From Candidatus Taylorbacteria bacterium RIFCSPHIGHO2_01_FULL_46_22b (GTDB taxonomy: Bacteria; Patescibacteriota; Minisyncoccia; Phycocordibacterales; DSPV01): DNA of 64,000 bases. This document shows positions 45,479 to 54,186 of this stretch, piece after piece. The stretch covers positions 17,434-81,433 of the forward strand of contig MHRF01000004.1 of NCBI GenBank assembly GCA_001820875.1, in the 5' to 3' direction. The translations under genes and the position numbers were made by a program. Within the stretch, counting starts at the first letter, position 1. Each line of letters starts with the position of its first letter. The notes under the pieces were generated by a model. That model saw only the letters and a program-made list of their open reading frames with translations. It had not been told where the DNA came from and did not search any database.

Positions 45479-46528
45479 ATGAAAATTTATAGGGACGTAT
45501 ATGCGCGAATGATCTCTCCAGAAAACCTCTTTCGGGCGTGGAAGGTATTCAAGGAGAATAAGCGCAACAAAGTGGATGTAATGGAATTTGAAATAAATCT
45601 TGAGAAAGAAATTTTCAAGTTGCACCGAGAACTGAAAGACAGGACGTACCACCACGGTCCTTATAGCGGGTTTTGGATTCGCGATCCGAAGTTGCGACGC
45701 ATACATAAAGCGACGGTACGCGACAGAGTTTTGCATCATGCGGTGTTTAGAATTCTCAACCCGATTTTTGAGCCAACATTCATTGCCAATTCGTTTTCGT
45801 GCCGCATCGGTAAAGGGACACATAAAGGGATGAGGAAGGTTGCCGAGATGATTCGCGCGAAAAGTGGTAACTACACACGGGAATGTTTTGCGTTGAAATG
45901 CGATATACGAAAATTCTTTGACTCTATCGATCACGATATTCTGCTCCGGATTCTTGAGAAGAAAGTTGTGGACAAGAGGATGCTGTGGCTCCTGCGCGAA
46001 ATCATCGAGAGCTTCACCGCGAGCAGACCGAACCTCTTTGACCGACATGGTGTACCCATCGGCAATCTGACGTCTCAAATATTTGCCAATATTTACATGA
46101 ACGAATTTGATCAGTTTATAAAACATGCCTTGCATGTAAAAGACTACGCAAGATACACGGACGACTTCGTGATTATTTCGAATGACAGAAAATATCTTGA
46201 GTACCTGCTTGAACCCATACGTGAATATCTTTCGCATACGTTGCACATTGAACTTCACCCGCACAAGATTCTGTTGCGAGAGTGTAAGCGTGGTATTGAT
46301 TTTTTGGGTTACGTTATATTGCCACATCATATTGTAGTGAGGAAGAAAACAAAGCAGAGAGTTCTCAGAAAACTACGGGAACGCGTCGCTCAATATCGAA
46401 ACGGAAATATCAAAGAAGAAACCCTCTGGGGATCGCTTAGCTCGTACCTAGGCGTTCTCTCTCATGCGGATGCCTACAAGTTGACAGAGGAGACACTAAA
46501 CAATTTCTGGTTTTGGCTGAAAGAGTGA
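45479..46528 (+). CDS. DGR reverse transcriptase
   Basis: RDRVLHHA, KCDIRKFFDSI, GVPIGNLTSQIFAN (SQ of DGR RTs), YARYTDDF and IDFLGY motifs; start set at ATG 45479. Confidence 0.96.
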   Translation: MKIYRDVYARMISPENLFRAWKVFKENKRNKVDVMEFEINLEKEIFKLHRELKDRTYHHGPYSGFWIRDPKLRRIHKATVRDRVLHHAVFRILNPIFEPTFIANSFSCRIGKGTHKGMRKVAEMIRAKSGNYTRECFALKCDIRKFFDSIDHDILLRILEKKVVDKRMLWLLREIIESFTASRPNLFDRHGVPIGNLTSQIFANIYMNEFDQFIKHALHVKDYARYTDDFVIISNDRKYLEYLLEPIREYLSHTLHIELHPHKILLRECKRGIDFLGYVILPHHIVVRKKTKQRVLRKLRERVAQYRNGNIKEETLWGSLSSYLGVLSHADAYKLTEETLNNFWFWLKE

Positions 46529-46537
46529 TATTCGAAA

Positions 46538-46680
46538 TACAAAAACCCACCGAGGGAAGAGATTAGCATTTATCACACCCTATGATGGATTTGTGCTATA
46601 TCTGGTCTTTTCACCATGCCAGCGACTTGCATCGCGGTTTAGGTCGTAGCATTATTCATTTGTAAACTCATTTTACCACA
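46538..46680 (-). ncRNA. Structured leader RNA, copy 2 (points antisense into the RT gene, toward avd)
   Basis: 25/27-nt core identity (46594-46620 versus 43393-43419); TG-G-TAAAAT extended -10; GCGAU-GCAA-GUCGC hairpin; closing helix plus U-tail. Confidence 0.55.
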
Positions 46681-46689
46681 AAAGAGCTG

Positions 46690-47430
46690 ATGAAAAAAGA
46701 GCTGAAAACGAGTAGGGCGGAAGAAGTCTATCTTGATGCAATTGAACGGAAATCTTTCAAAACAGACTTAGATGCTTTCATGAAAAGATTCCGGGTCCCG
46801 AATCCCAAACTCCACACAGAGGAGAAAATAGAAGAATGGCTTTTGGGCATGTTTCAAGTGGCGTTGGAATACCGCTTCCCCTCTCCTTTTCTCAAACCAA
46901 GAAAAGACAATAAATATCCAAAAGCATCTGAATATATCCCAGCAAGAATTGCTTTTCTAAAGAAATATAGGTTCTCTGTGGACATGAACGGCAATGCTAT
47001 GGACGAAATCATAGGAGGAAAGGTCCCGGCATACACAAACGTTGATCTTGAAACCCCGATTGAACATGAGGAGAGAATAAACGGAAGACGTTCTTTGAAG
47101 ATTGTTGTTTATGCGGGAGCCACTCGGGAAGAGGTTCTCAACTACATCAAGCGATGGTGGAAATATCTGAGGAAACATCTGGAAGGAAGCCAGAAGGTAA
47201 AGAGGGTCCGGGTAAAAACCAAACGCAAAGAAGATGCATTGGCAGATTTCTACAGTCGGAAACCTGTTCGTGAACTTATGGTTATCTTGGGGGAAAAAGT
47301 AAAACCCGAATATAAAGCAACTCTGGTTGAGCGAATCCTGAACGAGATACATGGTTACCCCTCCAGAGATTATCTATCCCTCAATAGAGCTGTATACCGA
47401 AAAAGAGCACGAACTCTATCTGACAAATAA
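46690..47430 (+). CDS. Hypothetical basic protein (possible element regulator)
   Basis: 246 aa, K/R-rich C-terminus; no family recognised. Confidence 0.65.
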   Translation: MKKELKTSRAEEVYLDAIERKSFKTDLDAFMKRFRVPNPKLHTEEKIEEWLLGMFQVALEYRFPSPFLKPRKDNKYPKASEYIPARIAFLKKYRFSVDMNGNAMDEIIGGKVPAYTNVDLETPIEHEERINGRRSLKIVVYAGATREEVLNYIKRWWKYLRKHLEGSQKVKRVRVKTKRKEDALADFYSRKPVRELMVILGEKVKPEYKATLVERILNEIHGYPSRDYLSLNRAVYRKRARTLSDK

Positions 47431-47499
47431 GTAGGCCTATTTTATTGTCTTATACAACGTGGCTCTGAACCAATATCCTGGAAACACCAGGGTATTTTT

Positions 47500-47700
47500 A
47501 TGTCCAGAGCTGATACAAAATGCGGGGAGAAGTTTACAAGCGATCTAGCGTCGTTCTTTGACTTTCTTGCGCGTTTTGATTTTGAGGACAAACAAAAGGA
47601 GCAATCTGCACTGGGCTCCGGTCCTTTAGTTTCAGCTCCTAAGGGACCGGGGTCGAGTTCTGATTCTCAAACATATAATGGAGCTGAAACTAAAACTTAG
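47500..47700 (+). CDS. Small hypothetical protein
   Basis: 66 aa, overlaps the start of the next gene. Confidence 0.45.
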   Translation: MSRADTKCGEKFTSDLASFFDFLARFDFEDKQKEQSALGSGPLVSAPKGPGSSSDSQTYNGAETKT

Positions 47701-48199
47701 ATTCAAGAGGAATAACGGCTGGTTCTTTATTCACAACAGAGAGGCTGAAAGAATTGGCAATGCTTTTGGCGCTATTGGCTTAGCGGTGTATATTTTTCTT
47801 TGCAGGAGATCTGATCTCAAGACACAAAAGTGCCATCCAAGCCAAAAGAGAACTGGCAAAGATATACAAAAAAGTGCTAAGTGCGTCCAAAAATACATAA
47901 GACTTTTCCAAGAAGCTCGAATAATAGGTATTGAGAGAGGAAAACACGGAGGGAGGTGGCTAAATAACACCTATACCCTAATAGATATGAGCGAGTGGCT
48001 AATACCAGAGGAAATAAGTTCCTCTGGTAAGAGCAAAGACTCTCGATCTCCACCAGAGGAAAATAATGCCGCTAACCAAGGGCAATACATTCCCCGTAAG
48101 GAGACTCTAATAAATAAGGAAAACAATGTATGCAAAAAAGAAAATCAAGAGTTGATAGAAGGAAGAAGAAAACTAGCGCAAAAGTGGAGAACGTCCTAA
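47678..48199 (+). CDS. Helix-turn-helix replication initiator-like protein
   Basis: AVYIFLCRR...CHPSQKR..KDI..S..CVQKYIRLF...NTYTL, typical of phage winged-HTH Rep N-domains; internal iteron-like repeats. Confidence 0.7.
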   Translation: MELKLKLRFKRNNGWFFIHNREAERIGNAFGAIGLAVYIFLCRRSDLKTQKCHPSQKRTGKDIQKSAKCVQKYIRLFQEARIIGIERGKHGGRWLNNTYTLIDMSEWLIPEEISSSGKSKDSRSPPEENNAANQGQYIPRKETLINKENNVCKKENQELIEGRRKLAQKWRTS

Positions 48200-48552
48200 A
48201 GAATCCTAGATGGGAACTCTTCTGCCGATACTATTCTGGAAATCCTGAAAGTATCGGGAACGCAACAAAGGCATATATGCTGGCATATAACCTTCCCCAA
48301 AATACCTATGGAACTGCCAACAAGAACGCATATCGGTTGATGGTAAATGAGGGTATTTTGAGGCGCATAGAAGAGCTCCAAGAGGTGTACATGAAAAAGG
48401 TTGATTTTGAGCTAGCGTTTGTCATTGGACAGAGAAAAAATCTTGCCGCAAAAGTTGCCGCTCTCAAGGAGTTCTACAGGAAATCTCCTAGGGTCAATGG
48501 GGGTATAAAAAAATCGCAGGAAGTCACTTTTCGATGGCTTGAGGATAAATAA
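48130..48552 (+). CDS. Terminase small subunit-like protein
   Basis: RWELFCRYY..GNATKAYMLAY..AYRLM..ILRRIEEL pattern; real start may be GTG 48184. Confidence 0.75.
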   Translation: MQKRKSRVDRRKKKTSAKVENVLKNPRWELFCRYYSGNPESIGNATKAYMLAYNLPQNTYGTANKNAYRLMVNEGILRRIEELQEVYMKKVDFELAFVIGQRKNLAAKVAALKEFYRKSPRVNGGIKKSQEVTFRWLEDK

Positions 48553-48586
48553 AAGCAATCTAAGATAAAAAGAGTAAAATAAATCT

Positions 48587-50353
48587 ATGAAAACAAACTG
48601 TGTCATTTACTGTCGTGTATCATCACGAGAACAAGAGGAAACGGGATATTCGCTTGACGCACAAGAAAAACTCCTCAAAGAGTACGCGAGTAAGAAAACT
48701 TTCGGGATGGCTAAGACATTCCGGATTACTGAATCAGCAAGCGGCAAACAAATCCGAAAGACGTTCAATGAAATGCTTCAGTATGCGGTCCGAAATAAAA
48801 TCAACATAATCCTCTGCGAGAAAATAGACCGGCTCACAAGGAACTTGAAAGATGCGGCAACCATTAGTGACTGGATCAATGAAAATCCGGTCCATGAGAT
48901 TCACTTCGTAAAAGAAAACTTCGTAGTCAATAAAAATACCCGGGCTCATGAAAACCTTGTATGGGATATGAAAGTGGCTATAGCCCGCTTCTACACCAAC
49001 AACCTGTCGGAGGAGGTCCTAAAAGGTCAGAAGGAGAAAATATCGCAGGGCTGGCTTCCCCAAAAACCACCTCTTGGGTACCGAACTATCGGAGAGAAGG
49101 GACATAAAACTCATACTCTAGACGAAGAAAAGGCAATGTATATCCGTAAGGCGTTTGAGTACTATGGAACAGGCAATTATTCACTCAGGGCGTTACGCGA
49201 CAAGCTTTATGAAGAAGGATTACGAACGAGAGGTGGTAATATGCTCTCAAAGAGTCGGCTGGCGGAAATCCTAGGAGATCCGTTTTACTATGGAGCGATG
49301 CGATGGCGCGGTATCACATACCCAAACGGCAAGCACACTCCCCTTATCAAAAAAGAGCTCTTTGAGCAGGTCCAGTACTTGCTTACCAGAAAAGGTGCAC
49401 CCCATTACAAACGCCACATGTTCAAGTTCAGTAAGATGGTGAAATGCGGCGAATGCGGCGGAACTATCAATGGCGAAATACAAAAAGGGCACGTGTATTA
49501 CTCATGCAAGCACAGCCGAAAAATACCCTGCACCCAAAGGGGCATGACGAAGGAAGAGGACATGGAGAAAATGCTCATGGGGGTATTTCATTTCTTTGAG
49601 AATGTAACGTCCAAGGAGGCTGAAGAGATATACCAAAAAATCCGTGCTGACCACCAAGGGGAAGCAAACTATAAGGAAACAGCTTTGCATGCCTTGAATA
49701 CGCGTTATAACGCCCTCCAGAAGCAATTGGACATCCTTTACGATGATCGGCTCGCAGAGAGAATCTCACAGGAAAGATGGGAAAGTAAGCAAAATACAAT
49801 CAATACCGAACAGGCAGAAATACAGGAACAGGTAGCGAAGATAAAGAGCGAGGAGAGCAAGTATTTTGAGCTCTACATCAATATCCTAGACCTAGCCCGC
49901 AGAGCACGAGCGATATACGAAAAACGGTCCCCAGAGGAACGCAGACTACTCTTGAGCCACTTATTCGCAAACCTTACTCTAAAAAATCACAACGTAATTT
50001 ACGATCTCAAGGAACCGGTCCAAGTGCTGGCAAAGCGCGTGCAGGAAAAGCTAGACGCCGAGAAAATATTCGAACCAAAGCAAAACACCGCCGAAGCCTT
50101 TGCTTCTAGCGGTGATTTGCCAAACTCGTCATATATCCGTTCTGTGGGGCCTTCGGAAGTCCGAAATGATATTCGAACCTCAAGAAAGTCCCCAGTAAAG
50201 GCGCGACCCGGGCACTCTGGTGCCCACTTCACGCCCTCTGCTCCGCGGGTAGGATTCGAACCTACAACCAACTCCTTACACGTTTCCTTCTGTTACCAAA
50301 AGGCGTGGACTATATCATCACCGGTTCTCGGTGTGAGGCGCTTCCCCCACTAA
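48587..50353 (+). CDS. Large serine recombinase (integrase)
   Basis: IYCRVSSREQ (catalytic Ser), ESASG, EKIDRLTRN, recombinase domain, CGECG..YYSC zinc ribbon and coiled coil; ORF runs antisense into the tRNA. Confidence 0.93.
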   Translation: MKTNCVIYCRVSSREQEETGYSLDAQEKLLKEYASKKTFGMAKTFRITESASGKQIRKTFNEMLQYAVRNKINIILCEKIDRLTRNLKDAATISDWINENPVHEIHFVKENFVVNKNTRAHENLVWDMKVAIARFYTNNLSEEVLKGQKEKISQGWLPQKPPLGYRTIGEKGHKTHTLDEEKAMYIRKAFEYYGTGNYSLRALRDKLYEEGLRTRGGNMLSKSRLAEILGDPFYYGAMRWRGITYPNGKHTPLIKKELFEQVQYLLTRKGAPHYKRHMFKFSKMVKCGECGGTINGEIQKGHVYYSCKHSRKIPCTQRGMTKEEDMEKMLMGVFHFFENVTSKEAEEIYQKIRADHQGEANYKETALHALNTRYNALQKQLDILYDDRLAERISQERWESKQNTINTEQAEIQEQVAKIKSEESKYFELYINILDLARRARAIYEKRSPEERRLLLSHLFANLTLKNHNVIYDLKEPVQVLAKRVQEKLDAEKIFEPKQNTAEAFASSGDLPNSSYIRSVGPSEVRNDIRTSRKSPVKARPGHSGAHFTPSAPRVGFEPTTNSLHVSFCYQKAWTISSPVLGVRRFPH

Positions 50354-50539
50354 TCATTTTGGGGTACTCCCTTTCGGGATAGTCTCTGAACCTTTCCCCG
50401 CCACCGCGGAGACTTGGCTGCTGATTGCCCTCCTTTCTTTTTGAAGGGTTTCCAGCAATTCACCTCATTATTCATCCCTAGATTCCTCTAAGGAGCTGCC
50501 TACTGACAGGGAGCTGCTCTACCGTTGAGCTACCGCGGA
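50241..50539 (-). tRNA. tRNA-Asn(GUU), intron-split (exons 50506-50539 and 50241-50278)
   Basis: TCCGCGGTAGCTCAACGGTAGAGCAGCTCCCTGT^TAAGGAGTTGGTTGTAGGTTCGAATCCTACCCGCGGAG folds as a cloverleaf with loop CT-GTT-AA; CCA not encoded. Confidence 0.93.
50279..50505 (-). ncRNA. Group I intron (227 nt, no ORF) in the tRNA-Asn anticodon
   Basis: P AAUUGCUGGAAA, Q AAUCAGCAG, R UUCAGAGACUA, S GAUAUAGUCC; P1 CUGU^C/GGCAG with U.G pair; terminal G. Confidence 0.93.
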
Positions 50540-50720
50540 ATGTGTTCTTACGAACAAGAGTATCCTAGCAAAATTTGTCACACAAGAAAAGTGCTACTTT
50601 TGCAGTCATTATCTCAAACTCAATAGAACCGATTTCTCCACCGATCTCAACCTAAAAAACTATTGACTTCCCTCTGTGCTGACTTAGTATGTCTCGTAGA
50701 ACCTCAACCTGCGATTCTTT

Positions 50721-51116
50721 ATGAACATTTTTCCCGACAGTGTTCTTATCGGAGATTACGCGCACTTGCCCCGATTTACATTTAACTTTGCGCCACTGAT
50801 TCACGATTTACCATTACTCGCGGAACAAAGAAAATCGGTGTTCCTCATGATCACGGGCCACACCGTCCGTGGAGTCTCATGGAAAATCAAACAATCTCTC
50901 CAGTTGTGCATACATCCAGATCGTATCCAAGGATTCACTGAAAACAATGCTGAAGGGAGAAATTCGGTATATCTCACCTTCCAAGGATACGTAACTGGAT
51001 CGATGCGCCCGTGGTTCCACCTCTACGAAAACTGGCAGGGTGTTGTCTATCCCGATCGGTGTGGATTCATGATTCGACACCAGTCCGGCAAACGGAAACC
51101 GCAACTCGTTTGGTAA
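50721..51116 (+). CDS. Hypothetical protein
   Basis: 131 aa; TTGACT-17-TAGTAT-like promoter upstream and hairpin downstream. Confidence 0.55.
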   Translation: MNIFPDSVLIGDYAHLPRFTFNFAPLIHDLPLLAEQRKSVFLMITGHTVRGVSWKIKQSLQLCIHPDRIQGFTENNAEGRNSVYLTFQGYVTGSMRPWFHLYENWQGVVYPDRCGFMIRHQSGKRKPQLVW

Positions 51117-51243
51117 CTTTCACGGCCGCCCGCACTTCAGTGTGCGAGGCGGCCGGATCTTTTTTACAAAAATAAAGAAAAAGAAGAAGGCGTCTCTCAA
51201 CTCTTGTCGAGAGACGCCTTCAGTGGAAAAGGTCCTTATCCGC

Positions 51244-51759
51244 TCATGAGTGAGCAGGGATCGGAGAGGATGATCTCCCCGCACGGCTCCGAGCACATTC
51301 GGATGTGGGCGGGTGTTGTTGCACCGGCATTCGTACGACCAATGTGGCCGGCTGCACCTCGAGACAACAGAAAATAGTCAGCGTCACGTCTCTGCCTTCA
51401 AGCACAAACTTGTACTCGGGGTCTCCTTCTCGCCGCCGATTGAGCTTTTGCGTCTCCAGAATGCGCCCACCAGAGACAATCTCGATTGGCGCCTGATCGG
51501 GGAAAATCCGGCGTGAAAAAGTGCCTTGATTCACTCGCCCGTCGTCCTGAACCTTCAGGACATAGCTGTTCTGTGTACGAACATCAGGCACCGCCTCCTC
51601 AGACAAGCGGTGTGGCGCTTGATATCTGGGTGGTACAAAACCAAACCGTGACAGAAATGCATTCGCAACCGCATCAGGATATCCACCGCGACTGCTTTGT
51701 GCAGACACAGAACGAACCGAGAACGTGGCTGGGAGTGTCGGAAGTGAGTAGGTAGGCAT
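51244..51759 (-). CDS. Hypothetical protein
   Basis: 171 aa ORF followed by a hairpin. Confidence 0.5.
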   Translation of the reverse strand: MPTYSLPTLPATFSVRSVSAQSSRGGYPDAVANAFLSRFGFVPPRYQAPHRLSEEAVPDVRTQNSYVLKVQDDGRVNQGTFSRRIFPDQAPIEIVSGGRILETQKLNRRREGDPEYKFVLEGRDVTLTIFCCLEVQPATLVVRMPVQQHPPTSECARSRAGRSSSPIPAHS

Positions 51760-51943
51760 ACGGATTTTGGAGTAGACCGTGTTTGGAGTTTTGGGGGAGA
51801 TCTGAACGATGTCGAAAAAGACGCGTCCGTTTGAGAGAATACTTCTCTATATAGAAATTGTCAAAGAATCTTTTCCCCTATTTAATGGAAATCCAACGGG
51901 GGGGGTTGAAAAAAATACCATAATGTGTTTATATAAAAAGGTC

Positions 51944-52840
51944 ATGCGCAAAAACAATCTTATTTTTTCATTACTTATCACAGCCCTAATTGGCTCTCTT
52001 TTTGCAATACACACAAGCCATGCAGCCGCACCTGAAGAAACCATTCCTGAAGTGCAAATCACTCGCGAAGGGTTAGTGAAAATCAAAGGGCTCGAAATCC
52101 AACAGCGTGCAAACACCACGTTTTTTGCACGTACCAGTTGGGATAAATCATTAATACGCTGGGTCATCAAAACTGACAAAAACACTGATATCCGTAAGCG
52201 CTTTGGTGACAAAAAAGATATCACTGAAATCAAAGAGGGTGATTACATTTCCATTGAGGGTTCAATTGAAGGAGGGACTTCCCTTTCGGTACTTGCAACC
52301 AAAGTCATTGACTGGTCAGATTTCACTTCACAGGGTTCGTTCTCTGGAACCGTGGGCAACATAACCACTCCGGAAAAACAATTCACCCTAATCAAGAAGG
52401 ATGGTGGCACTATAGAGATTTCCATCAATGCAACCACCACCGTGTATCGAAACCGTCGTGAGGTACTCCCAAAATTCATCCGGACGGGCGACCGTGTTGA
52501 TTCAATTACGGGAACCTATACATCAAACAATAATCAACTTCTTGCCCAACAGATAACTATCTCGATCGATCCGACGATCTTTTCATGGAAAAATTATGAA
52601 GGCACGTTAAAAACAATCCCAAGCACGACCAAACCCGTAACCTTCCAAGTGGTAGTCGGGGGAAAAGAATATACAGTCGTACTCTATGATGATGCTCTCG
52701 TATTAAATACTCGCCGTCAGAAAGTAACCTTTGAGCGATTCTTAGCAGGCGACACCGTACGAATCTGGGGGCATATTCGAGCGGATAATGACGAGCTAAA
52801 TACTATCAACGGTGATGTGCTCCGCAATATGGCATTTTAA
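51944..52840 (+). CDS. Secreted protein with repeated OB-like (DUF5666-like) domains
   Basis: Signal peptide; three repeats ending I.EGD.I.I.G / TGDRV / AGDTVRIWG. Confidence 0.7.
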   Translation: MRKNNLIFSLLITALIGSLFAIHTSHAAAPEETIPEVQITREGLVKIKGLEIQQRANTTFFARTSWDKSLIRWVIKTDKNTDIRKRFGDKKDITEIKEGDYISIEGSIEGGTSLSVLATKVIDWSDFTSQGSFSGTVGNITTPEKQFTLIKKDGGTIEISINATTTVYRNRREVLPKFIRTGDRVDSITGTYTSNNNQLLAQQITISIDPTIFSWKNYEGTLKTIPSTTKPVTFQVVVGGKEYTVVLYDDALVLNTRRQKVTFERFLAGDTVRIWGHIRADNDELNTINGDVLRNMAF

Positions 52841-53012
52841 TTTCCACACATGACCATCCTGAAACGCACTATCTTTATCATTCTTTCTCCGCTCTACATA
52901 CCAGCAGCTGTTTTCCTTTTTCTCACTTTTGAATGGTGGAGCGATTTGTGGATGAAATCTGGCGACGGCGGACATTAAAAGAAAACTCTCGCGAATGCGA
53001 GAGTTTTCTTTC

Positions 53013-53366
53013 CTAAGAAACTTGAAGAGTCTCAAAAGAAGGAGGATGGAGGCGGCGCGCTTCGCGCACCGCTAAAAATCCAATATACAAGGAGTAGGCG
53101 CAACCAGCAGCCGCAAGTACTTGTAAAGAGACTTCAGTGTCGCGAATTGCAACATAGAGGTAATTAAACAGCGAGGGTATGCCCGTTACTGCTTTCATGT
53201 TTACAAAAACATCGTTCACCGAGACAAATACTCCTCCTACAACAATGACGGTTGCAAAAAAAGCAACTTCAACAAATAGCAGTACTCCGAACCGCCGCAC
53301 CAAATAAACCACCTGCACGCGGCGCATAACCTTTTCCTCAAACGTGTAATCAGTTAATGCAATCAT
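53013..53366 (-). CDS. Membrane protein, putative anti-sigma factor
   Basis: Directly downstream of the ECF sigma factor; FEEKVMRRV plus TMs. Confidence 0.6.
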   Translation of the reverse strand: MIALTDYTFEEKVMRRVQVVYLVRRFGVLLFVEVAFFATVIVVGGVFVSVNDVFVNMKAVTGIPSLFNYLYVAIRDTEVSLQVLAAAGCAYSLYIGFLAVREARRLHPPSFETLQVS

Positions 53367-53372
53367 AGTTAG

Positions 53373-53963
53373 TTAAATGAGTTCAAGACGAATCTTTTCA
53401 AACGCTTTTCGCGCGCGATGCAAACGCGTCCGGACGACCGAAACACTCACCGACTCCTCTTGTGCAATGTCTTCAGAATTTCTACCCAATACTACCATCC
53501 GATGCAAAAGCGACGAAACAGCTGACGGCAGACGGGAAAGCACCGAAAGAAATTCATCGCGCGATACATGCTTCTCCCACTCTGTATTAGGTGTAACCAG
53601 CAAAGACTCATCAAACTCTTCAGCAGAAAGATGAGTTCGTACGCGTGAATTCGTTCGATACATTGTCAAGCAAGTGTTGATGAGTATCTTGTACGCCCAC
53701 GAACGAAATGATGCACCTGCTACTTTTTTGAATCGTCCTCCTTTTATATATATTTTAACGAACGCTTCCTGAACCGCATCTTCTGCTTGCTGTTCATTCT
53801 TCAAAATTACCTGTGCTTTCCGCAAAAAAGCTGCTTTGTACCGAGAGACAATCTCTGCAAACAACTGGGGTTCGGACTTGAGCGCGCGATGCAAAATCTC
53901 CTCGTCGGACAAGTCTGCCATATTTTTCTGCCGAGATTCCGGCAGTATTGTCAGGTAGGACAT
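53373..53963 (-). CDS. ECF RNA polymerase sigma factor
   Basis: AEDAVQEAFVKIY, FRSWAYKI and VRTRLHRAR motifs. Confidence 0.92.
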   Translation of the reverse strand: MSYLTILPESRQKNMADLSDEEILHRALKSEPQLFAEIVSRYKAAFLRKAQVILKNEQQAEDAVQEAFVKIYIKGGRFKKVAGASFRSWAYKILINTCLTMYRTNSRVRTHLSAEEFDESLLVTPNTEWEKHVSRDEFLSVLSRLPSAVSSLLHRMVVLGRNSEDIAQEESVSVSVVRTRLHRARKAFEKIRLELI

Positions 53964-54186
53964 GGTGGAAGCACTGTTACCCCTTTTGTTGCCCCGCCCG
54001 AAGGGCGGGGCGCGGGGGGTTGCTAAAAATCGACCTGTTCACTTTATATAACTTTCGTATCTCTATTGTATTACACCTCTAAAGAATTAGAAAACAAACA
54101 AACGAACCGCGCAATGATACTCTTGAAGAAAAATCACAAAATCAAAATGCCCCCGCCAAAGGCGGGGGCAATTTTGATCACGAGAG

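Larger units (their letters stand above)
38548..50251. mobile_element. tRNA-Asn-integrated phage-satellite-like element (~11.7 kb) carrying a DGR
   Basis: 13-bp direct repeat tgctccgcgggta at 38548-38560 and 50239-50251 (tRNA 3' end); large serine recombinase next to the tRNA; TerS-like and HTH-Rep genes; no capsid or tail genes recognised. Confidence 0.75.

Noticed and set aside
45461-46330. 289-aa minus-strand ORF inside the RT gene
   Set aside because: Antisense shadow ORF, not in frame with avd and with no recognisable motifs.
45479-46528. RT as group II intron or retron
   Set aside because: The GNLTSQ motif, adjacent avd and an A-specific TR/VR pair identify a DGR; there is no YADD/maturase or VTG retron signature.
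52796-53035. 79-aa minus-strand ORF after the anti-sigma candidate
   Set aside because: It overlaps both neighbours and has no recognisable motif; not enough support.
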